Below are positions 52,723-64,000 of a stretch of DNA of 64,000 nucleotides, in pieces. Made by a program: the position numbers and the translations under genes. The notes under the pieces are model-generated. The model worked only from the letters and a program-made list of their open reading frames with translations. It was not told the origin of the DNA and ran no database searches. Source of the DNA: Octopus sinensis (taxonomy: Eukaryota); the NCBI RefSeq assembly GCF_006345805.1, contig NC_043013.1, positions 42,222,001 to 42,286,000 of the forward strand, written 5' to 3'. Every line of letters begins with the position of its first letter. Position 1 is the first letter of the stretch.

Positions 52723-54377
52723 TGTGTGTGTGTGTGTGTGAGTATATATATATATATATATCCCCTGGCACGTAAAAGGCACCCACTACACTCATGGAGT
52801 GGTTGGCATTAGGAAGGGCATCCAGCTGTAGAAACACTGCCAGATCAGACTGGAGCCTGGTGCAGCCTCCTGGCTTCCCAGACCCTGGTCGAACCGTCCA
52901 ACCCATGCTAGCATGGAAAACAGACATTAAACGATGATGAGGATGATGATGATATATATACACAGAGAGAGGCAGGCAGACAGACATTCTCTTATTCTTG
53001 GATTACTTCTAAGAAGCCTGCTTCTTAACCACAGGGTTTAGGGTTCAGTTCCACTGCTCAGCACCTTGGGCAAGTGTCATCTATTGTAAACCTGGGCCAA
53101 CTGATGTCTTATGAGGGACATGAGTTGATGGAATCTCTATGCAATTAGTGTGTACACATGTATATGTCTTTGTGAATGTCTACATTCCATGTTTCACATG
53201 GGAAAAACTCTGAACTACAAATGAAGTTTGTTGTCATTCCCTACCCACAACTATTTGCTAGCTCTGCTCTTTCAAAGATCCTTTACTTGTAAAACTGATA
53301 AGGGTTAGCAACAGTAAGGGTATCCATCCATCCATTACGTGGCACGATGCTGTGAAATTGTCTGAGATAAAACCTCTTCACTGACTTGTTCTGTTAAAAT
53401 CATAATATATATTGGAGCAAGATGAACATCATTATTGCAGTGACTCATTAGAACAACAGACACAAAAAAAAATTATTTTATTCATTCCAGTCATTGGATG
53501 TGGCCATGCTGGGGTACCACCCTTGGAGGGTTTCACCTTTCTAGAAGCTTTTCAACACCTGCTTGAATGAAATTTGCATCTTGATATAGAAAAACAGTGA
53601 ATAAAATATTCAGTGATATTACAAATGGTGTGTGTTCATTGAGTATGATACACATATGGCAATTTTAATTTAATGCCGTTTCAATTGCATACACTAAGTT
53701 TTTATTCAGCCCAGCAGCTATCGACAATACCAGCATATGTTTTGTTCATTTTTGACTATATATCAAAGTATGAATTTTGTTTAAGCCTCAAGTAAGGTGA
53801 AACGCATCTATCGTTCTCATAAGTCACTGCAGCAAAAATGTTCATTTTGCTCTGATATAATATATTGGATGCGTTAAAAAAATCAGTGATGATTGAAAAT
53901 TTTGTAAATATAATTATAAGTTTTCAGTGTATACACAAATACCTTTTTTTTTTCTCCATCATGGGTTTATATGCTCCAATATTAGATTATTTTCTGTAGT
54001 CAATATATATTGTGAAAACTTATATTTATAATATATTGTGTTTTTAACACAAGTCTATAAAGAGATTTTATCTCAGACAATTCCACAGCATCATACCTTC
54101 TAATGTGTATACATATGTAGTATGACACAGATAGCAATATATATATATATATAATCCTCATCTTTTAACTTCTGTTTTCCATACTGGCATAGGTTGGTAA
54201 TGGTCCCACATAAAAAAGCATCCAGTACATTCTGTTAAGCAGTTGGCATTAGGAAGGGCATCCAGTCATAGAAACCGGGCCTAAACTGATAAAGGAGCCT
54301 AGTGTGGTCCCTGGCCTTACCAGCTCCTATCAAACCATCCGATTCATGCCAGCATGGTAAACAGATGTTAAATGATG

Positions 54378-54446
<69 letters not shown>

Positions 54447-54596
54447 TATATGTACACATACGCGGATGTATTATATATGTTTTTGCCTCTCTGTTTTATC
54501 CGTAAAAGTCTGTGGGTCTGTCTGTTTGTCAGTATGTCTCCTAGAAACCCCGCTTCTGCTTTGTCTTAACCATTTTATTCTGTTACATTTTCGCAG

Positions 54597-54799
54597 CGTC
54601 AAGAATTTCTGCAGAGAGAGATGTTGGAGTTGGCCAAAAAGTTCCCGAATATGTATGTTACCCACAACCGGTTACCCACGATCTGGGGTGGTGCTAGTTT
54701 ATTACAGGCCCACCTGAACATAATGACGGAGTTACTGGCAAAGACCAACTGGAAGTGGGACTACTACGTGAATCTCAGTGAATCAGATTACCCTATCAA
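54597..54799 (+). CDS. oxt: Xylosyltransferase exon D
   Basis: Acceptor tttcgcag|CGT and donor AA|gttagt; 203 nt, phase 0-2. Translates RQEFLQREMLELAKKFPNMYVTHNRLPTIWGGASLLQAHLNIMTELLAKTNWKWDYYVNLSESDYPIK, with the TIWGGASLL and NLSxxDYP motifs. Confidence 0.95.
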
Positions 54800-55276
54800 G
54801 TTAGTCTTTTCATTTCATTTAATGTTTAGCCTTTTTTTAATAGCTTTTCTTTTGTAACTTCTTTAACGATCATCATCATCATTGTCATAACCATCTTCAT
54901 CACCAACATCATAACTGTCATCGTCATCATTGTCATTATCATGACTGACATTCTAAGACAGAAATTGGGAGACTAATAGTTGCTGCTTCTAATCTTGCTA
55001 TATTGATGTGGACAAACCTACCCAGAAGAACATTGGGGTGGATCTATTGGGACTTCAACCCTAGCCAGTGTAGTGACATTCTACCAGACCACCTGGTGCC
55101 AAGGGAGGCTCAATTGGAATTCCACCCTTAGCCAGTAACATTCTACAGAACTACCTAGCTGCAACAGAGTTGGACATACCCATCTCTTAAGCTTCTTGAT
55201 GCTGGCTTATATACTTTGAGTAGATTGTCTGCCACACTGAAATTTCTGTTACAGTTATTCCAATTATATAATTTTA

Positions 55277-55810
55277 GAAAATTATTATTTTAAAATCTCA
55301 TAATGTGAGATATTCAGTAACAGTACTTTGTAGTAAAGGTTGTTTGCCAACATAACATGGCAGTCCTGGTTTAGGACTAATCTTGCTGTAATTTCACCCC
55401 AGTAGACATCACTACCCGCTGGCTATACGACACAATCTGTGTCTTTATATTTTCGAACAAGGGAATCTAGCACCCCTATTCAGCTCAAAACAATATCTGT
55501 GTATCACGATTTCTAGGTTATTTTCTTTCATCAGCTCAGAATAATTGTTCAGCTAGAGGTTGTGCTGCCAAATTCCCGTTCAAAATATATAGTTTGCAAA
55601 GTGACAACTAGTCACTGATTTATAAATTAGGAAAATTACTATTTTAAAATCTCACAGCGTGAGATAGTCAGCAACAGTACTTTGTAGTAAAGATTGTTTG
55701 CCAGCATAACATGGCAGTCCTGGTTCAGGACTAATGTTGCTGTAATTTAGACATCGTCTCCAGCTGGCTATACGACAGACATGATCTGTGTCCTTATACT
55801 TTCGAACAGG
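55277..55810. repeat. Partial tandem repeat with ~354-bp period
   Basis: gaaaatta.tattttaaaatctca...cagtactttgtagtaaag...catggcagtcctggtt.aggactaat at 55277 and 55631. Confidence 0.8.
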
Positions 55811-55977
55811 GAAATAATTTTATATCACATCTAGCTTCTTTATTTTTTTTTTCCGTTGCCTTCAATAATTTCATCAACTCTACTTACATGTTATGTATTA
55901 TATTTTCCCCTCTTTAACCTGTGTTTGTTTCTTCTATATATATATATATATATATTTTTTTTTTTTTCCTAATCTAG

Positions 55978-56058
55978 GAAACTGGAAGAACTTGTGGCCT
56001 TTTTAACCAAATACAAAACATACAATTTTCTAAAAACACATGGCAGAGATACACCAAG
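55978..56058 (+). CDS. oxt: Xylosyltransferase exon E
   Basis: Poly-T tract, acceptor ctag|G and donor AG|gtgagt; 81 nt, phase 2-2. Translates KLEELVAFLTKYKTYNFLKTHGRDTPR, matching LVAFL...NFLK.HG. Confidence 0.93.
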
Positions 56059-56938
56059 GTGAGTAATCCTGCCTCTAATTATTTATGTTTTTGTATGATC
56101 GAGATCTTCCTCAGGTAGGTATCTGCTGTTTTTATGAAACCTCACATCAATAAAAACCAAGCTGCTATTGGCCTGGGCTTTAGTCAGCCCTGAGCTGAGT
56201 AGAAAATGCGGATTCGATGTGCCATGCAATAGGACTGAATCCAAAATCATTTTGTTTGGAAGTGAGCTTCTTAACCACATAGCTATACCTGCACCCCACA
56301 GTCGTGACTACCACATTACACTACTGCACAACAGCCTATACAACATGTCTTGATTCTCGTACTATACTCTAGAAAGGATATTATGTCTACCACACTAAAG
56401 CCCATATGTGTTCTAACTCCACCAATATTGCTGTCATTATTGACCCAACACCGACCACAATCACCACTACTACTATCACTGCTACAACCATCGCCAGCAT
56501 CACAACCACAACTACCATCACCACCACTGCTACTACTACTACCACCACCACCAATATCATAACCACAACTACCATCACCACCACTACTACTGTCACCACC
56601 ATCACCAACACTACTACTGTCACCACCATCACCAACACTACTACCAAGGCTGCCAACATCACAACCACTATTACCACTACCATCATCACAGCCACTACTA
56701 CTATCATCGTCACCACTACCATCACAATCATCATCACCACCACCACCCCACTGCTACCATCATCACAGCCACTACTACCATCATCAACATCACAACCATC
56801 ATCACCACCACCCCACTGCCACCATCATCACAACCACTACTACCACCATCACAACCACCACCATCAACACAACCACTTCCACTACTACCATCACTACAAC
56901 AAAACTAGTCTCACACCTCTCTGACCATAATCTTCCAG

Positions 56939-57155
56939 GTTTATTCAAAAACAAGGTTTGGACCAGACGTTCTTCGAATGCGAGAATCACTTATGGCGTG
57001 TTGGACCACGGAACATTCCAGAAGGTATCCGGGTTGACGGAGGAAGCGACTGGATCGGCATTCATCGGAACTTCTGTGAATATATCATTAAATCTGAAGA
57101 CAAACTTGTCCTGGGATTGAAACGGGTCTATGAATTTACACTTCTACCTGCCGAG
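56939..57155 (+). CDS. oxt: Xylosyltransferase exon F
   Basis: Acceptor cttccag|G and donor GAG|gtaagt; 217 nt, phase 2-0. Translates FIQKQGLDQTFFECENHLWRVGPRNIPEGIRVDGGSDWIGIHRNFCEYIIKSEDKLVLGLKRVYEFTLLPAE, with KQGLD, DGGSDW and TLLPAE motifs. Confidence 0.95.
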
Positions 57156-57293
57156 GTAAGTTAGCATTCCTGCTCCAGGGACCCTGAAGTAGTTTTATAA
57201 GAATTTTTTTCTTTTTGTGGATGATTGATCTACTAGAAACAACAGTTAAATGTACCAGGAATCATACTCTCCTCCTTCTGCATCTTCTCAGTA

Positions 57294-57332
<39 letters not shown>

Positions 57333-57334
<2 letters not shown>

Positions 57335-57889
57335 GGGTTGTCCGGAAAGCTCATGCCAATTTATAGTAGCTTACCTTTCAACTTTTTTTAGAACATGGTT
57401 GAGTCCATAAAATAGGATTTGACTACACCTCCATTTAGAGCACTGTTTAAGCTATCTTTTCATGGAAAAAGGTTTATGTTCCTATAACCTGTGTTAATTC
57501 TGTAACCCTTTAAAATGGAAGATAAGAAAGTTCATTTTCGGCACTTGATGCTTTGGGAACCAGACAAAAATTGCTGCAGCTCGGCTAGGATGTGTTACCC
57601 CACCCTCAATATTCACCAGATATTGCTCCTTCGGATTTCCACTTATTCAGGTCTCTGCAGAATAGTCTTAATGGTAAAAATTTCAATTCCTTGGATGATG
57701 TAAAAAGATACCTTGATGAATTCTTTACCATGAAAGCACCTCAATTCTGGGAAGAGGGTATTTGGAAGTTAATGGAAAGCTGGAGACGCATTGTGTAACA
57801 AAATGGTTCATATTTGGTTGATTAAAAATGTAATGGCAAGACCTTTTTCTTTCTTTTAAAATTCGGCACAAACTTTCCAGACAACCCAA
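57333..57889 (+). mobile_element. Internally deleted mariner element
   Basis: TIRs ttgggttgtccggaaag / ctttccagacaacccaa with TA flanks. N-terminus MEDKKVHFRHLMLWE joined to LPHPQYSPDIAPSDFHLFRSLQN. Confidence 0.9.
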
Positions 57890-59942
57890 TAATTATTACT
57901 ATTAAGGCAGTGAGCAAGCAGAATCGTTAACATGCCGGGTGAAATGCTTAGCGGTACTTCACCCGTTGGTATATTCTGAGTTCAAACTCTGCCAAGGTCA
58001 ACTTTGCCTTTCATCCTTTCAGAGTCGATAAAATAAGTACCAGTTCAACACTGGGGTTAATGTAAATGACTTTTTCCCTGCCCCGAAATTAGTGGCTGTA
58101 TGCCAAAATTTGTAACTATTATAATTATTACTGTTATTATTATTAAGGTGGTGAGCTAGCAGAATTGTTAGTGTGCTGGACAAACTGCTTAGCAGTATTT
58201 CACCTGTTGCTACATTCTGAGTTCAAATTCCACCAAAGTCGACTTTGCCTTTCATCCTTCTGGGGTCAATAAAATAAGTACCAGTTGAAGACTGGGGATC
58301 AATATAATTGACTCATGCCCTCCCCAAAAACTGCTGCCCTTGTGGCAAAATTTGAAACCATTACTATTATTATTATTATTTTTATTGTTGTTCTTATTGA
58401 GCGAGAGAGCAACACACACCATCAAAGTGATGCTGGGATGCAAATATGCTAAGTCCAATATACCCATCATGACAACCCATCTGATAAGGGTGCACCAGGC
58501 ACATGCATCACAACCATATGTGTGCGACATGGTGATCTCTACTCTAGATAAACAGCGCATGACCTTGCAGATGGGGCCCAGTTAGAATTTTCTTCAGGCT
58601 GAGTAGCCCACCCCGCTCAAAAGGTCCCTGAATAAGGGTTGTTTAAGGATGTTTAAGAAACCCATATTTCCAGAGGTGAATTATTCAAACCCCACAGAAT
58701 CCCTCTCTATACTTGGCTATGATGCTTTCCCCACTACTCCTGCCCCTGATCAGAGATGCACATATCAACCACTAAGGGACATTCTCAACTGTGATATTGA
58801 GTTGAATATTTACTGTAGCCAACCTTTTACATCAAGACAAAACATGTACAACTTAACACTTCCAATCAGTTAAAATCAGAAGCCAGGTGAGCCATTCCTG
58901 ATATTGCATTAGGGCACTTATTATTATTATTATTATTTTGATGGTGATTTATCAGAATCATTAGCACAATGGATAAAGTGCTTATGAGCATTTCTTCTGA
59001 CTCATTACATTATCAGTTCAAGTACCACCAAGGTCACCTTGACTTTCATCCTTCTGGGGTCGATTACTGAGGTTGATATAATTGATTAGCCCCTCCCCAA
59101 AAATTTCAGACCTTGTGCTTATAGTAGAAAGAATTAATATTATTCCAATTATCAATCTCAATTTTAGAGATGAAGCTTTTTTTATATTATTATTATTATT
59201 AATAATATTTGGTAGAATAGGTAAACTGGGGATCAGAAATGCCTTACAGGTATTGAGTTACATCTTTTTACATTCATCATCATCAATCATTTAACGTCTG
59301 TTTTCCATGCTGGCATGGGTTGGATGGTTTAACTGGAGCTGGTAAGGCCAGGGGTCACACCAGGCTCCATTGTCTGTTCTGGAATGGATTTTCTATGGCT
59401 GGATGCCTTTCCTAATGCCAACCACTCCATAGAGTGTACTGGGTGCTTTTAATGTGACACCCACATCAGTGCTTTTTATGTGGCATTAGCACTGGTATCA
59501 ATTCTGCAGTGGTGGACAGGTCCACTCAAGTACAGCAATGTGCCACATATCTCAGTCCTTAGTCATCTTCTTCATAAGGCTCAATGTCTTAAGATCAGCC
59601 TTCAATTATGAAGACTTCATACCATATCTTCCTGGGTCTCCCTCTTCCACAAGCTCCAGCCACTTTAAGCAATCGGCATTTCTTTATGCAACTGTCTATG
59701 CTTGGGGACCAATTTTACATTTCATCCTTCCAAGGGGTTGATAAACTGTGAACACCAGTGATATACTGGTTCAATATAAATAATTGCATCCACCCCTCCA
59801 CCACCCATTCCTACCTACATTGGAAACTACTATTAACACCAGCCCTGAAAGACATTAAAGGTGCACAGAAATGATAACAAAAACTATTCGCTAGAATCTT
59901 GGACTTTGGCATTAACCTTTTGTCTGTTTGTTTCCGTTTCAG

Positions 59943-60119
59943 TCATTTTTCCACACAGTATTACAGAACAGTAAGTTCTGTGGAATGTTTGTTGACAACA
60001 ACCTTAGAATCACCAACTGGCGCCGGAAGCTTGGCTGTAAATGTCAGTATAAACACATCGTGGATTGGTGTGGCTGTTCACCAAATGTCTTTAAATCTGC
60101 AGATCTACATCGGCTGATG
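59943..60119 (+). CDS. oxt: Xylosyltransferase exon G
   Basis: Acceptor gtttcag|TCA and donor ATG|gtaagc; 177 nt, phase 0-0. Translates [59 protein letters not shown], the hallmark XYLT Cys-rich segment. Confidence 0.96.
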
Positions 60120-60128
60120 GTAAGCATG

Positions 60129-60216
<88 letters not shown>

Positions 60217-60594
60217 CTGTTGTGTGTGTGTGTGTGTGCCTGCATCTCTGTGTTTGTGCAACTGTGTGTGTGTGCATCTGTGTCTATATGTGTGTGTGTG
60301 TGCAGATATTTTGTGTAGTTCACTGGGGATTTATCCTTCCACCAAAACATCTGCTACATACACACACCAACACACACATGTAGACAGACACACAAATGCA
60401 TACACACACACACACACACACAATAAAATATACACGTTTGCACCTCATTTATAAAGTCTTAACTACCATACTACACCCCCCCTATTCAATGTCCTATTTA
60501 CTACACCATACCCAACACAACTTGTCCTATCTTCCACTTTGCATTCCCCACACAACATTTTCAGACTGGAATGAGATTAAAATCTGTAAACAAT

Positions 60595-61990
60595 GATAAT
60601 AATAATAATAATAATAATAATTGTGTACAGTGCTCAGGTGCACTACAACTCATCTAAAGTGTATATATAATCAGGTGTAGTTTCGGCGGATTTCGGAAAG
60701 CATGAGGGCCTTAAAAGATGCAGTGTCATGGCAGTCAACAACTGACGCAGGCAGTTTATTCCATGCTTCAGCAACTCTGAGCGTGAAAAAATGTTTCCGA
60801 AAGTCATGAGAGCTGTATTGTTTTCTGACTTTGTAGGCATGTCCACGTGTGTTAGACACATGGAGACCAAAAAGGTGTTCAGTGTTGTTGTTGGTGAGGT
60901 GGTTGATAACTTTGTGGGTGTTTACCAAGTCCGTCGCCAGACGCCGGAGCTTCAGTGAATCCATGCCCAGGGAAACAAGGCGCTCAGAATATGGTAGGTG
61001 TCTGATGGAGGGTATGCGTTTGGTTGCACGTCTCTGGACAGATTCCAGGAGGTCAATGTTCTGTGCAAGATAGGGGTTCCAAACTGATGATGCAAATTCC
61101 AAGTGTGGTCGTACCATAGCTGTATACAGTTTTAAATAGATGGCTGGAGAGCGGCTAACAAAAGACCTGCTGAGTGATGCCAAGACACCCTCGGCCTTCC
61201 TGACAATCTTAGAGATATGCTTTGTCCAACGCAAATCACTGCTGACAGTGATGCCTAGGTCACGCTCGCAAGAGGATTTCTTGATATCAGTGTTGTGGAG
61301 GGAGTATGTGAACGCAGGGTTTTTTCTCCCAAAATGCATGGTGGTACACTTGTCCACAGCCAGTTTCAGTTGCCAGTCTGTGATCCATTGCTGCATTGTG
61401 TCTAGGTCTGATTGAAGGAAGAGTTGTAGACATCAGGATCTGTCCTCTTGATTTCAAGGTACAGCTTGATGTCGTCTGCATATTTCAATACTGTGGCATT
61501 CTTTAAATTGGCATCTATGTCGTTAATGTATGCCACAAACAAGAGGGGACCAAGGACAGATCCCTGTGGTACACCCGATGACATCTCATATGGTGTAGAG
61601 TGCTGTCCTAGAACTGTGACAACCTCCTTTCGGCTGAGGATGAAGGATTTCAACCAGTTAAAAAGGTCATCCCCCACACCCATTGCAGAGAGTTTCACCA
61701 TAAGCCTTTTGTGTGGCACAGAGTTGAAAGCCTTAGCAAAGTCAAGGTAGACAACATCCACCCATGAGCCACTGTCAGTAATCTGAGTAATGTCCTCAAA
61801 GAACTCGACAAGCTGGTCACTGCAGCTGGAGTTAGGGACAAATCCATATTGTGAGGGTCGGATGAGACTGTGAGAGCTCCAGAAGTTCCAGAGTGTTTCT
61901 CTGACACACGATTCCATCAGTTTTGCAATACAGCTAGTGAGACTGACTGGGCGATAGTTGACAGGTGATGTGCGGTCGCCCTTTTTGAAC
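60595..61990 (-). mobile_element. 5'-truncated CR1-clade LINE (second family, one frameshift near 61410)
   Basis: ORFs 61402-62004 and 60671-61396 carry NYRPVSLTS, YLDFAKAF, GVPQGSVLGPLLF, YADD and LESVQRRATK. (ATT)n tail at ~60595-60620. Confidence 0.92.
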
Positions 61991-62576
61991 AGATCTAAGC
62001 ACATACAGCTGTTTACCTACACAAATGAAGATCTATCAGTATACTGTGGTAGGGAACATCTACACCTGTGGTCCACGGACCCCTGGTGTTCCACAAAGGT
62101 AGTACTGGGGGTCCATGAACTAAATTCAAAATTTCATATATATATATATATATATATAATAGACCTTTATATAAATAAATAACGTGAAATACACGAAGGG
62201 ACGAACAAAAAGACAAACGGGTCATTCAAAGCCTTCATTCTTCAGTCAGAAACTGATCCCTCATCGCAGATTTCGGCTGTTTAATTCTGAGATCCGCTCT
62301 GAATCAGCCAGCCACAGAAGGAAAGAATGAAACGCAACAGAGACGAACATGAAACGAAAAATCTTTTTTGGGGACAGTAACGGTTAAAAACATGGATGAC
62401 ATAGGCGCCCTACGGCTTTGAGACAAACAGAGAGACACAAAAACAATATCAACAGCGTGGAAAAAATTACCTTTTCGGTGATGAGACACATGTTGTTAAG
62501 GTTAAGCATATTAAAAGGGGGTCTGTCTAGTTGCTGAATTGAGCATTTTTACAATTCTTTTGTTTTAATATTGCAG

Positions 62577-62682
62577 AACATGGATGAAAAACCAATTTTC
62601 TTTGCTCGGAAGTTTGAACCAGTGGTTAACCAGGACATAATCAACAGTGTGGACACGTATCTATTTGGATACAGTAACCAAG
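62577..62682 (+). CDS. oxt: Xylosyltransferase exon H
   Basis: Acceptor attgcag|AAC and donor G|gtatgt; 106 nt, phase 0-1. Translates NMDEKPIFFARKFEPVVNQDIINSVDTYLFGYSNQ, with the FFARKFE motif. Not in the ORF track. The gene continues beyond the window. Confidence 0.93.
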
Positions 62683-64000
62683 GTATGTGAAAGGTGGGGG
62701 TGTGGCCAGTTGGGTATTTGAGGGTGGGTATTACAACATGATTGGTGAGACATGCATACAATGAAACAGCTAGATAGATATGGTTATTTCATATATAATG
62801 ATGGATCAACAGATGGAGAGATAAAGTCAGACAAACATTATATATATATAAATAAACAAAAATTTTCATAATTATGAGTATAATTATAATTAGGGTTCAG
62901 CAAAAATTTGGTTCTTCCAGATTTTCTTATGGTAGAGAAATAGTTAGTTTTTAACTGCTATTTCTAAATTTCGGTATGTGATGAAGCAAATTTTTGCTGA
63001 ACCCTAATTATAATTATACTCATAATTATAAAAATTTTTGTTTAAGTTTACCACTAATGGTTCTTTAACATACTGAACTACTTGGTAAAATTATTAATTA
63101 TTAATTCATTTTGCCCTTTATTTTTTATATATATATATGTGTGTAGATTTATGTAAATAGCTGTGGCTGTGCAAGTAGACACAGTCATGACTGGGTAGTT
63201 AGGGATTTTGTTTCTCAACCATATAGTCTTGGGTTCAGTCCTACTGCATTGCACCCTGGGCAAGAGTCTTCTGCTGTATCATCATATAATGTCAAGATAA
63301 GAAGATACACACACTTCTTCATTGTCATCTTTTAATGGCTGTTTCCCATGCTGGCATGGGCTGGGTGGTTTGACAGGAGCTTGAAAGCTGGAGGGATGCA
63401 CCAAGCCCCAATTATCTGTTTTGGTATAGTTTTTACAACTGGATGCCCTTCCTAAGGCCAACCCCTTTACAGAGTGTGTTGGGTGCTTTTACATGGTGCT
63501 GGCACAGGTGCTTTTTACATGACATCAGCACGGATGCTTTTCTAAATGGCACCAGCACAGGAGCTTTTTATGTAACAAATGAGACCATAACCTTGTGGCC
63601 TATGCCAGGGGTGTAACCAGCCCACTTATGCATACCGTCCCTTCATTGGACACTGCTTGCGAAGACCTGTTGAGGCAAGTGAAATCAAAATCAAATTCAA
63701 TGACTGGCATCCGTGCTAGTGGAGCACTAAGAGCACCATCCGAGTGTGATCATTGCCAGAGTGGCTTTCTGGCATTCGTGCCAGTGGCACATAAAAAGCA
63801 CCATTCGAGTGTGATCGTTACCAGCATCGCCTTACTGGCACTTGTGCCAGTGTACGGGTGGCATGTAAAAAAAACACCATTTGGGTATGGCCATTGCCAG
63901 TACCACCAGACTGGCCCTCATGCCGGTGGCACGTAAAAGCACCCACTACACTCTCAGAGTGGTTGGCATTAGGAAAGGCATCCAGCTGTAGAAACTCTGC

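Noticed and set aside
62221-62280. Minus-strand GAAA...CUGAAGA as a permuted hammerhead
   Set aside because: No UH cleavage triplet in register and no convincing stem II.

Overview
Eukaryotic, AT-rich genomic DNA dense in microsatellites and SINEs. The repeat families suggest an octopus (coleoid cephalopod); that attribution is inference. The only host gene I can support is a + strand peptide O-xylosyltransferase (oxt/XYLT type). Eight GT-AG internal exons between 11564 and 62682 splice in frame (1251 nt, 417 codons): two phase-1 exons encode a WSC domain, followed by the GT14/Branch catalytic region. The gene's start and end lie outside the window. Introns contain three tRNA-derived SINE families, RTE, CR1 and R4/Dong LINE fragments, Tc1/mariner elements and hAT MITEs. 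Most ORFs in the supplied track are simple-repeat artefacts. The main finding is a non-coding ~485-bp tandem-plus-inverted array at 34664-36547, inserted in (TA)n, with a type I hammerhead ribozyme in each unit. This is a candidate retrozyme or Penelope-derived circular-RNA element. Several other (TA)n-embedded families also carry intact or decayed minimal hammerheads and often form inverted pairs. A mariner element is disrupted at its first catalytic Asp by a copy of nearby intronic DNA.
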